A stretch of DNA of 64,000 nucleotides, taken from the human T2T-CHM13v2.0 reference genome, Homo sapiens. A program made the translations under genes and the position numbers. Positions 15,343-29,902 of this stretch are shown here, in pieces. Positions within the stretch are counted from its first letter, which is position 1. Every line of letters begins with the position of its first letter. The stretch lies in assembly GCF_009914755.1 (NCBI RefSeq), contig NC_060944.1. One strand, given 5' to 3'. The notes under the pieces are model-generated. The model was not told where the DNA came from. It saw nothing but the letters and a program-made list of their open reading frames with translations, and did no database searches.

Positions 15343-15662
15343 GGCTGGGCGTGGTGGCTCATGCCTGTAATCCCAGCACTTTGGGAGGCCGAGGTGGGTG
15401 GATCATGAGGTCAGGAGTTTGAGACCAGCCTGGCCAGCATGGTGAAACCCCGTCTCTACTAAAAATACAAAAAATTAGCTGGGCATGGTGGCATGCACCT
15501 GTAATCCTAGCTACTTGGGAGGCTGAGGCCTCCCAAGAATTGCTTGAACCTGGGAGGCGAAGGTTGCAGTGAGTCGAGATCGTGCCACTGCACTCCAGCC
15601 TAGGTGACAGAGCAAGACTCCATCTCAAAAAAGAAAAAAAAAAAAAAGAAAGAAAAAGAAAA
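15343..15662 (+). mobile_element. Alu (AluS-like) inserted in a MER5A-like element
   Basis: TSD gaaaatgcagattcg at 15328-15342 and 15663-15677. Confidence 0.95.
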
Positions 15663-17120
15663 GAAAATGCAGATTCGGATTTATTATATAAAAATTCAGC
15701 TTCGGATTTATAGAGGGGCTCCAGATGCTGCCTCTCTGACAAGCTCCTAGATGACGCTGCTGCTGCTAGTTCAGACCACACCTTGAGGGGCGAGGCTAGG
15801 CCATCGTCTCTAGAATCTGAACAGCCTGCAGCGATGGGATCCACTCCCTTGTGAGGCAGCCAGACACCTAGCTCCGTGTGTCCATCTGCTACTCAGTGCT
15901 GTCTCAGTGGGGGCTGTGATCGCCTCCTACTTTGTGGCCCCCACCAGAGGCTGGTCAGCCAGTTTGCAATGGCTCCTAGTGGCCGGCGTGGGAGTTGCCG
16001 GGAACTGAAAGCAGGTTTGCAGGATTGTGGGTAGTGGGGGCACTGGGCGGGGCAGAGGGTGAGGCAGAGCAAAGGGGTCATTGCCTGCTTTGGGGCTGCA
16101 CAGGAGATATGAGGTCATTAATTCCATCATTATAAACTGCAAGCCTCCATTCCTCTAGATGAAACCCTCATCCCCTAAGGATCCTACTAAACTCAAACTT
16201 GGCCCCCCAAAGATGGGGCCACTGGAAGCATCTTGAATTATACTTCCTTCTTGGTCCCCACCTTCAAATGGGCAGACAGGGAGCTCACGGCACCTGCTGT
16301 ATGCTTTGGTTGTTTCTCTGATGTGGGTGGCGAGGGTCAGGCAGGCCACATGGGCTGATACCCTGATCCTGTCTCTGGGGAGTGGGTCCCTGGCTTACGG
16401 ACACAGTCTACCCCCATCCCGTGTCCCTGAGTCCTCACTTGGGAAGCAGGACCGGGGACGCTCCCAGCCCTGAATCGAACACACTGACGTGTGCTAAGTT
16501 CCTGTCCCTCTCTGGAGCTCAGTTTCCCCATCCGTACCTGGCAGGGGGAGGAGGTTAGACTGGGGCAGAGGTGCTGAAAACCTAGCTGAGCTTCAGAAGC
16601 CACTGGACAGCTTATTAAAAATAAAGATTCCAGGTCCCTGACTCTGGGACTTCTGATTTTGTAAGCCCCAGAATGGGTTGGGGGTCTGTATTTTCCCAAG
16701 TCTCCTGGCTGATGTGATGTACCTCCAGAGCTGGGACACATGCTGAATGGATCGAAAGGCCAAAAACATCCATGATATGGTTCAATTTATTCAGTCCTAA
16801 GATAAGTATCCGTATGCTGGAAAATGTACCAGACCCTACCATTTTCATCCTTGACTTGTTGCTTTTGCCTTTCTGTAAGCTCCCAGAGGGCTGGGGCTGA
16901 GCCCTCTGCCACCATTAACAACAAGGATCATCAAAGCTAAGTGCAGTGAGCGCCTACTGCATGCCAGGCCCTGTGCTGAGGGTTTGCTGTGCAGCATTTC
17001 ATGTACTCCTCAGAGCAATCCTCTGAGTTAGATACTTTGAGGAAACTGAGGCTCAGAATGCTTAAGTAACTTCCTCAAGGTCACTCAGCTAATAAGGGGC
17101 AGAATTAGAACTGGAAGTCT

Positions 17121-17425
17121 AGCCAGGTGCAGTGGCTCATGCCTATAATCCCAGCACTTTGGGAGGCCGAGGCGGGCGGATTGCCTGAGCTCAGGATTTC
17201 AAGACCAGCCTGGGTAACATGGTGAAACCCCATCTCTATTAAAAATACAAAAATTGCCAGGCATGGTGGTGGGCGCCTGTAGTCCCAGCTACTCGGGAGG
17301 CTGAGGCACGAGAGTCGCTTGAACCCAGGAGGTGGAGGTTGAAGTGAGGCTGGGATCGCGCCACTGCACTCCAGCCTGGGCAACAGAGCCAGACTCTGAC
17401 TCCAAAAATAAAAATAAAAAATAAA
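17121..17425 (+). mobile_element. Alu (AluS-like) inserted in a MIR
   Basis: TSD agaactggaagtctag/agaactggaactctag. Confidence 0.95.
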
Positions 17426-17644
17426 GAACTGGAACTCTAGTCCAGAGTCCTTGCCCATAACTACATGCCATACTGCCTCTTAGGGCATGTTGTGGGACTA
17501 CTGGCCTTTGAGGCCAGGTCTGCATGGCTCTGAGGCTAAGGTGTGGACACCACACTACCCAGCCTGGCAGAGAAGTGGCTGGTTGTGAGGGTCTCACTGC
17601 CCACCTCGAAAGCCCGTGGCTGAGTGAGGTCTCTGTCTCTTCAG

Positions 17645-17861
17645 GTGCGTACCCAGCTGTGCCCGACACCATGTACCTGCCCCTGGCCACCTCCCCGATG
17701 CCCGCTGGGAGTACCCCTGGTGCTGGATGGCTGTGGCTGCTGCCGGGTATGTGCACGGCGGCTGGGGGAGCCCTGCGACCAACTCCACGTCTGCGACGCC
17801 AGCCAGGGCCTGGTCTGCCAGCCCGGGGCAGGACCCGGTGGACGGGGGGCCCTGTGCCTCT
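17645..17861 (+). CDS. CCN5: CCN5 coding exon 2 (IGFBP domain)
   Basis: Acceptor ctcttcag|GTG; [12 protein letters not shown]...[17 protein letters not shown] (IGFBP GCGCCxxC motif); donor T|gtaagc, phase 1. Confidence 0.98.
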
Positions 17862-18563
17862 GTAAGCAGGTTTGCAGGACTGAGTGGGGGCGGGTGTGAG
17901 CGGGAGGTCAAGGCCGTGGTGTCCTGGATCAAAGTGCAGCCCTCCTCTCTCTACCTCCTTGGGTGCTCACTTCAGGTATCCCATCCATTCCAGCTGAACT
18001 TGGTGTCCCAAAGCCCACTCCCCACTCCCTCCTCTCCCTTCTTGGCCTCTGCTTAAACCATCTCACTACCCCAATAACCTTTCCCCATCCCTACCTGTCC
18101 AAATCATTGCCAACTTTCAAAGCCAAGTTCAAACAGCTTCTCCCCTGAGAAGCCCCCCCAGATTCTTCAAACCAGATGCCACCACTCCCTTCTCAGGATC
18201 CTTACAACACTTTGGGGAAAATAAAAGTGCAACCTTTTAGGGCATAATATGTGTCCAGAACTGTGCTAAGCACTTACTACACAAGTCACATCATCCTCAC
18301 AATAACCCTATGATGGGAAGTACCTTCAGACCTATTTTATGAATGAGGAAACAGGTTCACCAGCATTAAGGGACATGCTTCATGTCACACGGCACGGGAC
18401 CAGATCCAACGGGCTCTAAGGAACAGTTTATTCTGTCTTCTCCCATAGTGGGGGCCCTCGGAGCACTGCTGGGATCCTGGGTTTGCCATGTATTCAGCAG
18501 TCACCCGAGCATGTGACATTCCTCACCACTCTTCTAGGCCTTGGTATTCTCTGATGCTTCGGG

Positions 18564-18780
18564 GCAGGGCTTTGCAAGCTGGCTCCAGTGACTGGGTGCC
18601 AGAGAATTAGTTGTTGTGGGAGGGCTGTCCTGTGCATGGTAAGACTTCTAGCAGCATCCCCGAACTCCACCCACTGTATGCCAGCAGCACTCCCCATCCC
18701 CCAAGTCATGACAGTCTGTCTTCAGACAGTGCCAAATTTCCCCAGGGGGCAAAATCTCCAGTTGGGAACCATCACTTTAG
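18564..18780. mobile_element. MER20-like DNA transposon relic
   Basis: ttgttgtgggagggctgtcctgtgcatggtaag...agcagcatccc...ccactgtatgccagcagcac...cccagggggcaaaatc. Confidence 0.75.
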
Positions 18781-18962
18781 AGAAATGCAAAGAGGCAAGA
18801 GATTGTTCTTCTTTTTTCTTTTTTAATAATAAGCCTTGTAGAACAATTTGCCTCTTTCATCTATGTGCATGTCACACTTTTATAAAAATAAGAACGAAAG
18901 AGAGAGAGAGAGAAGCTCATGAATCATTGATAATGAATTCATCTGTAGGAAAAGCCTTGTTA

Positions 18963-19307
<345 letters not shown>

Positions 19308-20212
19308 TTATTTACAAGTACTGTAAGGATAAGGAGGGTGATTCGTTACACTGACTGAGGGATGATTGCTTATGAAAATGTATCTGAAGAACAATTGAGA
19401 TAAGTAACACTTCGCTTACAAAGCTGTTATTTACATTTGCTGTGACACGTGTAAACAGCACCCACAGAGTTTATTTTACACTTGCACAGCCCTTACCACG
19501 TGTAAGACACTGAGGGTTTCACAAATATAAACTCATTTAATCTCACAACCACATGAGGTAGGTACCCTTCTCTTATAAATGGAAAAAAGGGGTACAGAGA
19601 GGCTAAGCAACTTGCCCAAGGTCACACAGCTCATAAGCGGCAGAGCTGAGATTTGAACTCAGGGAGCTGGCTCCACAAGCTCCATTGCTCAACTGCCTGA
19701 CATGCAGCAGTTGATTAGTACATAGGCTGTGATTGTTAATAACTGTATTAAGGGATTTTTCTTATTCCATCTTAATTCAGACTTCAAACACCTGCAGGCC
19801 AAAGGCGTACTTGGGTCCCTGGTCCTTCCTGCAACTTCCCACCTTGGTCTGTCAACATGATGGGTGCTCAACAGTGTTTAATGATTTAAACTGAATTTAG
19901 AGGCCGGGAACTGGTGAACCCCAAAGAGTCCAGCTAAGACATCACAAAGGCTCAGTCTAGGGCTTTGCAGGGAACATACTGCCAAAAACCTCTCCCATCA
20001 CTTACTCGTTGAACGCTCTTCTCTAAGGGCCAACTCTGAGCTGTGAGATGTGCTGCAGATTCACCATCGTGATAACAGCGCATCCAATGCCGGGATCCTG
20101 ATCTTCCGCCCCCCAGAACGGCCTCCCCAGTCTGTTGAGAGCACCTCCATCCTTCTCATGGCTCAGACTCAAGACCTGGGAGTCGTTCTAGAGGTCTCTC
20201 TATCTCTCTCTC

Positions 20213-20612
<400 letters not shown>

Positions 20613-20987
20613 TGAGCCCCGTCATCATTGGCCTGGATTTTGCAGTAGCCCCATAATCATCTCCCTCCTTCTGTCGTTGCCCCTGGTCTATTCACAACAC
20701 AGCAGTCAGAGAGCTCCTGGGAAGTCATAAGCCAGATCACCTCCCTCCTCTGCCCCAAGCCTTCTGGTGGCTTCCCATCTCAGAGGAAAAGCCAAAGTCC
20801 CCACAGTGGCCTACAAGGCCCCAACAGGATCCTGTTCATGCTTCCTCTCTGACCTCCTCTCCTCCTGCTCTCTGCTCCAGCCACATTGGCCCCTTGCTGT
20901 TCCTTAAATACCCCAGGCACACTCGTGCCTCAGGGCCTTTGCACTGGCTGTTCCCTCTACCAGCATTATTTCTCAGCAAGGCCTTCC

Positions 20988-21156
20988 CTGCTGGAGGATT
21001 AGATGAGCTAGGGGACTTACAGCATTTTGCCCCAAGCCTGGCACATAGCAGATGCTACGTGGAAGCATAACCCTCTCCTGTTTATTGAGCATCTGCTATG
21101 TGCCAGGCTTGGGGCAAAATGCTGTAAGTCCCCTAGCTCATCTAATCCCCCAGCAG
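20988..21156. repeat. Near-perfect inverted repeat (69-bp stem, 1 mismatch, 31-nt loop)
   Basis: 20996-21056 is the exact reverse complement of 21088-21148; the stem extends 7 more bp past one mismatch. Confidence 0.97.
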
Positions 21157-22485
21157 CCCTGTGAGCCGGGTACCAAGGCTCAGAGAGGCAAAATAACTTG
21201 CCCCAGGCCCCACAAGTGGGAGCCAGAGTTGGAACCTAAGTATGTGTGGTTTTGGTTCTGAAACCCCTGTGTGTGTACAGACCTACTGGAAGGTTTTCTC
21301 AGAAGATCTGGGAGAACTTGTTTGCTAATGAGTCCTTTCCCCAGACGTAGCTCAGTGGCCACCCAGGTCTCACACACACGCTGTTTCCCGTCTGCACTTC
21401 CTGAGCAGCTCACACGCTTCACCAGCGCTCTTACTTCATTCTGTCTTGGAGATGATGCCCTCACACCCGTCCCCCTTTCCCAAGCCCATGAGTCCCTCAA
21501 GGCAGGAACTGTCCTCTTTCTGTCTGGGAGCACAGTGGTTGGCACACAGGCGGGAAACAGTAAATATCTCTGGAATGATAAGGAGTAGGGCTATTTTATC
21601 AGGGTCTCTCATGTGCCAAGGCTTATGCCAGCTATTCACTGAAGGGGCATTCCTACAGTACTGTGTGTCGCACCTAGGCTCTGAGCCCACCGGAGGGTGC
21701 AGAGACGCACACTGGCCGCCCCAGCCCTCAAGGAGTTCATGTCCAGTGGAGGAAGTGGCAATAACACCCATATCTTGAGGGCTTCATTGAAAGAGTGTTC
21801 CCTGAGCACCTAGGCCATGCCTAGCACTGTGTGCTAGAGGGTACGGACATGTCATCCCATGGAACCTGAAGTTACGATTACTGAGCTCATCATTGCTGTA
21901 GTTCAGGCCACTCAGAGAAGTTAAGTAACTTACTCAAAGACACACAGCCAGCAAGTTAAGCCCTGACCTGACAGTGATGACAGCACAAGTGGACAACGAC
22001 TTTGTTGCATGAAATCTCAGCGTGTATAGAATACTTAAACTTTATTAATATATAGTAACTATACTAATGATAATAACAGAGTAGCTAGGACCTATGGAAG
22101 GTCTCTTTTATGTTGTGATCATTACGCCTATCATTCCGAGTAGTCTCTACCACCCTGGAAAATAAGTACCATTATATCCCAGCTTGCAAATGTGGAAACT
22201 GAGGCAAGAAGAAGTGAAATCACTTGGCCCAGGTTCACAGCTAAGAAAGGGCAGAGTTTGGGGGGTCAATCCAGGCCTGTCTTCTTGCAATCCCTGTGCC
22301 GGGATCCAGGGTGCCCCAGCAGGCTGGTGGAGGGCTGGGGAGAGGTGCATATCCTGGGCTGGAGCCCTGGGCAGGGCCCAGCTACTGTGAGGCAGCTGCC
22401 TCAGGCAGCGGGATCTGGGCAGCTCTGCAGAGAAGGCTGTGCCGCTTTGCGGGTCACCGATGGGGGTGCGGTTTTTCCTCCGCAG

Positions 22486-22740
22486 TGGCAGAGGACGACA
22501 GCAGCTGTGAGGTGAACGGCCGCCTGTATCGGGAAGGGGAGACCTTCCAGCCCCACTGCAGCATCCGCTGCCGCTGCGAGGACGGCGGCTTCACCTGCGT
22601 GCCGCTGTGCAGCGAGGATGTGCGGCTGCCCAGCTGGGACTGCCCCCACCCCAGGAGGGTCGAGGTCCTGGGCAAGTGCTGCCCTGAGTGGGTGTGCGGC
22701 CAAGGAGGGGGACTGGGGACCCAGCCCCTTCCAGCCCAAG
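22486..22740 (+). CDS. CCN5: CCN5 coding exon 3 (von Willebrand factor type C domain)
   Basis: Acceptor ttcctccgcag|TG; [30 protein letters not shown]...GKCCPEWVC; donor G|gtgagc, phase 1. Confidence 0.98.
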
Positions 22741-22800
22741 GTGAGCGCAGCGGTGGTCCAGGTCAGGGCAGGACTGCCTGGGGGCGCCAAGGGCCACCTA

Positions 22801-23199
<399 letters not shown>

Positions 23200-24140
23200 A
23201 AGAAAGAGGAGTGGAGGGTCACCAGGCCTCCCTCTTTAAAACCAATAAACAAAAAGCCACTGCCTTTGAGATGTGTAATTTAAAACCATAAATAATTAAA
23301 AATAAAAACTGGGTGACAGAGCCGGGAGAGGAAAGGTGGGTTAGGGTATGTGAACCAAATTCTCACATTTCAGAGATATAATAGAGCTAAGCTCTTAGAA
23401 TATATAATATTATCGTATTTATAATATATTGATACATATTAATATATTTAGTAATTTATTATTATTTGGGCTTACTAAAAAAGGAACTCAAAACTGAACG
23501 AGGCAAAGTGGCTGCTCTGGAATGTGGGCCGGGGGTGGGCTAGAGATGGAGAAAAGACAGTTACCTCCCACCGTCCCACTATAAATCTTCAATTTTAGAG
23601 ATTTTTGTTGTTGCTGTGTTGCTTTTTGAAAATTATCACATGAATGTGACTTTCTAAAAAAGGCAACTGAAAAGAGGAGGATTGATTTCATAAATGCTGC
23701 TGCCACCCACAAGAGGTAGTCACGTGTTATGGGTCAGGTGCACGGCATCTGCAACAGCCCCGCCATCCCCTTTTTGCTGTGTGACTCTGAGAAAGTTGCT
23801 TAACTTCTCTGTGTCTCAGTTTCTCCAGCTGTAAAATGGGGACAATAAGAGCATCCACTTCATAGCGTTGTGAGAACTACTTGAGTTTGTTCAAGTCAAG
23901 CAGCTGTAGCAGTGCCTGGCACATGGTACTATATCAGAGGTAGCCGTTATTATCCCTGTGATGGAATATGATATATCCATTTAAATACATAGGAAAACAC
24001 CAGTGAGTTCACCTTATGGATAAAAGCAGGATAAGAAGGTGTATTTCCAACTCGATCTCAACTAAGTGTGTCCCTATGCACGTATACAGGTATATCTACA
24101 CATACACATGCATACACAGCACACACATGTGGGTAGAAAT

Positions 24141-24350
24141 CAGGGTTTCTCAACGTCAGCACTAGTGACAATTGGGGCAAGTAATTATTTGTTGGGGGGG
24201 TTTTCCTGTGCACTGCAGGGTGCTTAGCAGCATTCCTGACTTCTACTCACTAGATACCAGTAGCATCCCCCCAGTTGTGATCACCAAAACTGTCTCCAGA
24301 TATTGCCAAACCTTTCCTGGGAGGCAAAATTACCCTAGTTGAGGACTTCT
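24141..24350. mobile_element. MER20-like DNA transposon relic
   Basis: cagggtttctcaac...cagcact...tgtctccagatattgccaaa...ggaggcaaaattaccctagttgag. Confidence 0.8.
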
Positions 24351-24834
24351 AGTGTAAGACTAGAAGGAAGGACACCAAAATACTCACAGAGGGAGACTTG
24401 GAGCAGAGAAAAAGCTAGACCATGGTGAACCTGCCATCTTGTTCCTGGCACAAGAATCCTGGAATCTTTAGCATCCTTGCCACTGGGCCAAAGCACCACT
24501 CCACACAGGCTGGGCACCCCCTGCCTGTAAAATGCTGTTTATCCAAAGAGACGAGAAAACCATGGTTCACTGAGGGACCATCGTGACCAACACACTCTGG
24601 TTGCCAAATAACTAATATTTATGGAAATCTTACAAGTACCAGGTACTGTGCTAGGCACTTCATGCCCATTATTTTATTCAATGCCATCCACTGTTAAGAA
24701 ATTTACATAACAAGAAACTGAGATGCAGAGAGGCTGAGCCATTTGACCAAGATTGCCGTGGCCGCTGGCAGGTGGGTTGATTGAGCTGCTGAGCCCTGGC
24801 TGCTCAGTGCTAACTCTTGTTCTTTCCCCCCTAG

Positions 24835-25055
24835 GACCCCAGTTTTCTGGCCTTGTCTCTTCCCTGCCCCCTGGTGTCCCCTGCCCAGAATGGAGCACGG
24901 CCTGGGGACCCTGCTCGACCACCTGTGGGCTGGGCATGGCCACCCGGGTGTCCAACCAGAACCGCTTCTGCCGACTGGAGACCCAGCGCCGCCTGTGCCT
25001 GTCCAGGCCCTGCCCACCCTCCAGGGGTCGCAGTCCACAAAACAGTGCCTTCTAG
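24835..25055 (+). CDS. CCN5: CCN5 coding exon 4 (thrombospondin type-1 domain, stop)
   Basis: Acceptor tttccccccctag|GA; [27 protein letters not shown]...QNSAF*; the exons sum to 753 nt = 250 aa + stop; no CT domain, as expected for CCN5. Confidence 0.98.
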
Positions 25056-25540
25056 AGCCGGGCTGGGAATGGGGACACGGTGTCCACCATCCCCAGCTGG
25101 TGGCCCTGTGCCTGGGCCCTGGGCTGATGGAAGATGGTCCGTGCCCAGGCCCTTGGCTGCAGGCAACACTTTAGCTTGGGTCCACCATGCAGAACACCAA
25201 TATTAACACGCTGCCTGGTCTGTCTGGATCCCGAGGTATGGCAGAGGTGCAAGACCTAGTCCTCTTTCCTCTAACTCACTGCCTAGGAGGCTGGCCAAGG
25301 TGTCCAGGGTCCTCTAGCCCACTCCCTGCCTACACACACAGCCTATATCAAACATGCACACGGGCGAGCTTTCTCTCCGACTTCCCCTGGGCAAGAGATG
25401 GGACAAGCAGTCCCTTAATATTGAGGCTGCAGCAGGTGCTGGGCTGGACTGGCCATTTTTCTGGGGGTAGGATGAAGAGAAGGCACACAGAGATTCTGGA
25501 TCTCCTGCTGCCTTTTCTGGAGTTTGTAAAATTGTTCCTG

Positions 25541-25546
25541 AATACA
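25541..25546 (+). terminator. CCN5: Probable CCN5 polyadenylation signal, variant AATACA
   Basis: I saw no AATAAA between the stop and the downstream Alu; AATACA is followed about 15-25 nt later by GU-rich cttgtgtgtc...ctgtgttttct. Confidence 0.55.
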
Positions 25547-25732
25547 AGCCTATGCGTGATCTTGTGTGTCAGGCCTGTGTTTTCTGAGAAAGCCCTCCCA
25601 TTATCCGGGGCAGAATTCAGGGGCGGAGTTCTCTGTGAACCTCACAAGGTGAAATCACATGGTCTTAAAGAAAGCCAGAAGACAGGCCTTCAAGTGATCC
25701 AAGAAACCCAATTCATATTAATAATAATTAAC

Positions 25733-26053
25733 TTTTTTATTTATTTATTTTTTTGAGATGGAGTTTTGCTCTTGTTGCCCAGGCTGGAGCTGGAGTACAA
25801 TAGCACGATCTCGACTCACTGCAGCCTCCCGGGTTCAAGTGATTCTCCTGCCTCAAGACTCCTGAGTAGCTGGGATTATAGGCGCATGCCACCATGCTCG
25901 GCTTTTTTTTTTTTTTTTAAATATATTTTTAGTAGAGATGGGGTTTAGCCATGATGGTCAGGCTGGTCTCGAACTCCTGACCTCAAGTGATCCGCCCGCC
26001 GCCTCGGCCTCCCAAAGTGCTGGGATTACAGGCGTGAGCTACTGTGCCCAGCC
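25733..26053 (-). mobile_element. Alu (AluS-like)
   Basis: Antisense Alu; TSD aataattaac. Confidence 0.95.
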
Positions 26054-26419
26054 AATAATTAACATTGCTTGAGCGCCTGCTATGTGCTAGGCACTAGCAC
26101 TTTATACAGACCAGTGCTTCCCAGCGTTTTTGACCAGAGAAGAGCAGGGAGAATGAAGGCTGCCTCCCAGGGACTGGGGAGCATAGCCTGAAATCAACTA
26201 ACCCAAGGGTGAAATTGTTCGAAGTCTCATGTTTTATTGTTTACAAACAAAACAAAACAAAAAACAAAAACAAAAAAAAACACCCAACACCAAATACATA
26301 TATTTTACATTTTCCTCCATGGTCTACCTGTGTTTGTTTAAAAAGTAAAACTGTATTTCCATTAGGATCCAAGCAGGAAATTAGAAAACACTCTTGGTAT
26401 TTAAACAGGGATTTCTTCT

Positions 26420-26720
26420 TATTAAACTAATTTTATTAAGGTATAATTTACCCATAGTTAAATATACAGATTTTAAGCATATGGTTTAACGAGTCTTCAT
26501 AAACGTACACGCTCATGTAACCAACTCCTCAATCAAGGTATAAAACATTTTCATCATCTCAGGGAGTTCCCTCTGGCTCTGTTCCAGTTATCCCCCTGCT
26601 CCCCAAGGCAACCACTGCTCTGATTTCTATCACCATAGATGAGCTTTCGTGTTCTTGAACTTCTCATTAATACAACCATACAGCAGGTACTCTATAATGA
26701 ATGACGTCTTTCACTCAACA
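26420..26720 (-). mobile_element. Old L1 3' fragment (L1MB/ME-like)
   Basis: ttattaaggtataatttaccc...aaggcaaccactgctctgatttctatcaccatagat. Confidence 0.7.
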
Positions 26721-27946
26721 TAATAAAACAAAAGGAATTTAATGAGAGGACTTAGTCACCCATCTGAGAGGCCAAGTAGGGGACCGTGTGATGCAAGAGG
26801 AGAAATTCAACACCAGACCAGCCCTCGGGGCGGAGGGGCAGAGGGAGGGCAGAGCCCAGAGCTGGCACCAGCAGGCAGAGGAAGAGGACCTGGCAAGGCT
26901 GTCTGCTGGGAGCTGCAGCCGCTAAGGAGACACAGCCTCGCAGACCTAACAAAAAGTAGATGGAGGTGGGGAGACCTGCCCTGGCTTCTGCCTGCTGCTA
27001 TCCCCCGGTTTCCAGTTATGCCTCCCATGAGTCGAACCTGCTGGGAAGGTGGAAGAGAGGGGAGCCTGGGAGATGCAGGACAAGGAAGGGCAGGAGGGTT
27101 CTGAGAATGAGGGCAATTCCCAGACACAGTGTTTGTAAATTACCCACCCCAGGTACGGTTGCTGGTCACAGAGGCCCCTGCTGCCCAGCCCCCAACACTT
27201 ATCTCAGGTATCACCCCCTCCAGAAACCTTAGTTTGAGAATCACATGCTGAGTTTGAGCCATGTAACCTTCACAGAGCCCCTGCATGGCAAATATAACTA
27301 ACTCCAGCTCAGGGATAAGGAAACACCCGGGAAAGCGAGCTGTCTAAAAGCTGGTCTGCAGCTGGGGTGGGATGCTAGTCCAACCTGAGTTTATCTGACT
27401 CTTGAGAATGGCTGTTGGTCTCTCACAGATTGAGAATTTCCATGGGTCTGGTTCTGCAAGGATAAACCCTAAACACATTTCCAGGCAAAATTCTGATAAC
27501 ATCCCCCAAAACAGGGAGAACACGGACAAGAATGAGGAATGTGCACCGAGGGACTCCCATACATAAGGCTCTCTCTGCCACGCACTCTGTCCACACCACT
27601 GCACGTCATCCTTGGGACATTCCTAAAGGAAAGTGCCACTAATACTCCCTGTTTAGAGATGAGTAAACTGAGACCCAGAGTGATTAACAAGTTACCCTGG
27701 AGTCGTGGAGCTGGGACTCAGGCCCATGACCTCACAGCTGAGCCGCCACTGTGCAGTGGTAGAGTGAGTGGGCTCAGCCAACCTGCCCAGGTGTGCATCC
27801 TGGCTCTGCTATTTCCTAGTGCTGTCATCTTAGGCAAAGTACTTAACCTCCTTGTGCCTCAGTTTCCCCTTCTTTAAAATGGGGATAATGGCAATACTCA
27901 ACACAGAGGATTGTTGAAAGTGTTACGTGATTTACAAAAAAACTTA

Positions 27947-28259
<313 letters not shown>

Positions 28260-28261
<2 letters not shown>

Positions 28262-28792
28262 TTGGAGGCCGAAAGATTGAGGGTCATGATCAACTCAGTA
28301 TACCACTGGAAGCTATATGAGTAAGCAGCAGACTATTTCTCATAAATGCAGAATGTTGGCAAACTGACAAACTGTTTCTGCCATCCAGAAGGAATGCTGA
28401 GGGCAGTCACGCTCCAAGCATAGTGTTTCTTGTGATTAGGCCTAATTGAAACCTGTTAGTAACAATATGAATCTGTGATCAATCAACCAGCTAACCAGTC
28501 ATTACCTCCTCCTCCCTGCTCATTCTACCCAATAAATAGGAAGGGCTGTGGAAGCTCAGGGACTGCCTTTGCTCACTAGAAGCAGGGAGTTCTCTTCTTC
28601 TTCCCCTGGCCCTTTCCTTTACAACAGTTTCTTTTGTCTTAAGTTTTCATTTCTACATTCGTCCCCTCGTTCAGTCCTGTAATGAAGTCTCAGGCAGTAA
28701 CAGTAGTAACTGCTGTAATGACGGCCTCAAGTAGTAACAGTAATAACTGTCATAGTGACAGTCTCAAGTAGTAATTGTGGTAGTCTGCAACA
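28260..28792 (+). mobile_element. Solo ERV LTR (LTR18-like)
   Basis: Starts tattggaggccgaaag (TG>TA), ends ...tctgcaaca; internal aataaa and repeated ctcaagtagtaa units. Confidence 0.65.
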
Positions 28793-28829
28793 AAATAAAA
28801 TAAAATAAAATAAATTTTAGCAACCGTTA

Positions 28830-29288
<459 letters not shown>

Positions 29289-29902
29289 TCAACTGAAGCT
29301 ATTATTATCATCCTGCCTGCAATTCTTGGCAAGTGTTGTGAAGGCAAAGACTGGGAATCCTCTTGTTTGTGGAGAAGAGGAAACGTGTCGGGGGCAAAGT
29401 CACAGGGGCAAACCAGGTTTACCCTCTCTGAAGCTCTCACGGCCACAGGTGCCCAGGCCTGGCCATTCCTCCATGGGAAGCTTCTGCACTCACTTCCTCA
29501 GTGCTGGCCTGGGTCTGCGGGGCAAGCTGAGTGTCCCGGGGCAGAATGCTTTCTGGAGAGGACTCCGCTACCAGCTGTGGCTGAAGGACCTGGCACAGGG
29601 CCTGTTCCTGGCGCCCTTGGCACACCATCCTCCTCCAGCCGAGAGCCGTAAGGAAGAAGTTTCCCTAGTGAAGGGCATCAACAGGCCCCAGGAGGTCCTC
29701 CTGCCTGCCAGGACACCCGTGGTCCTCCCCATCCTAACTAGTTACAATTAAAATGAATCTAGCAAACACAGACAGCCAGGCCCTCCCACGCCCTGCTCTG
29801 GGATCCAGGAACAACGACGGCGCCCAGGGGAGCCCACACACTTAAGGGGAGCAGCTTACAGTCTCACTGTTTATTGAGCAGCTACTGTGTTCTTGATGCT
29901 TT

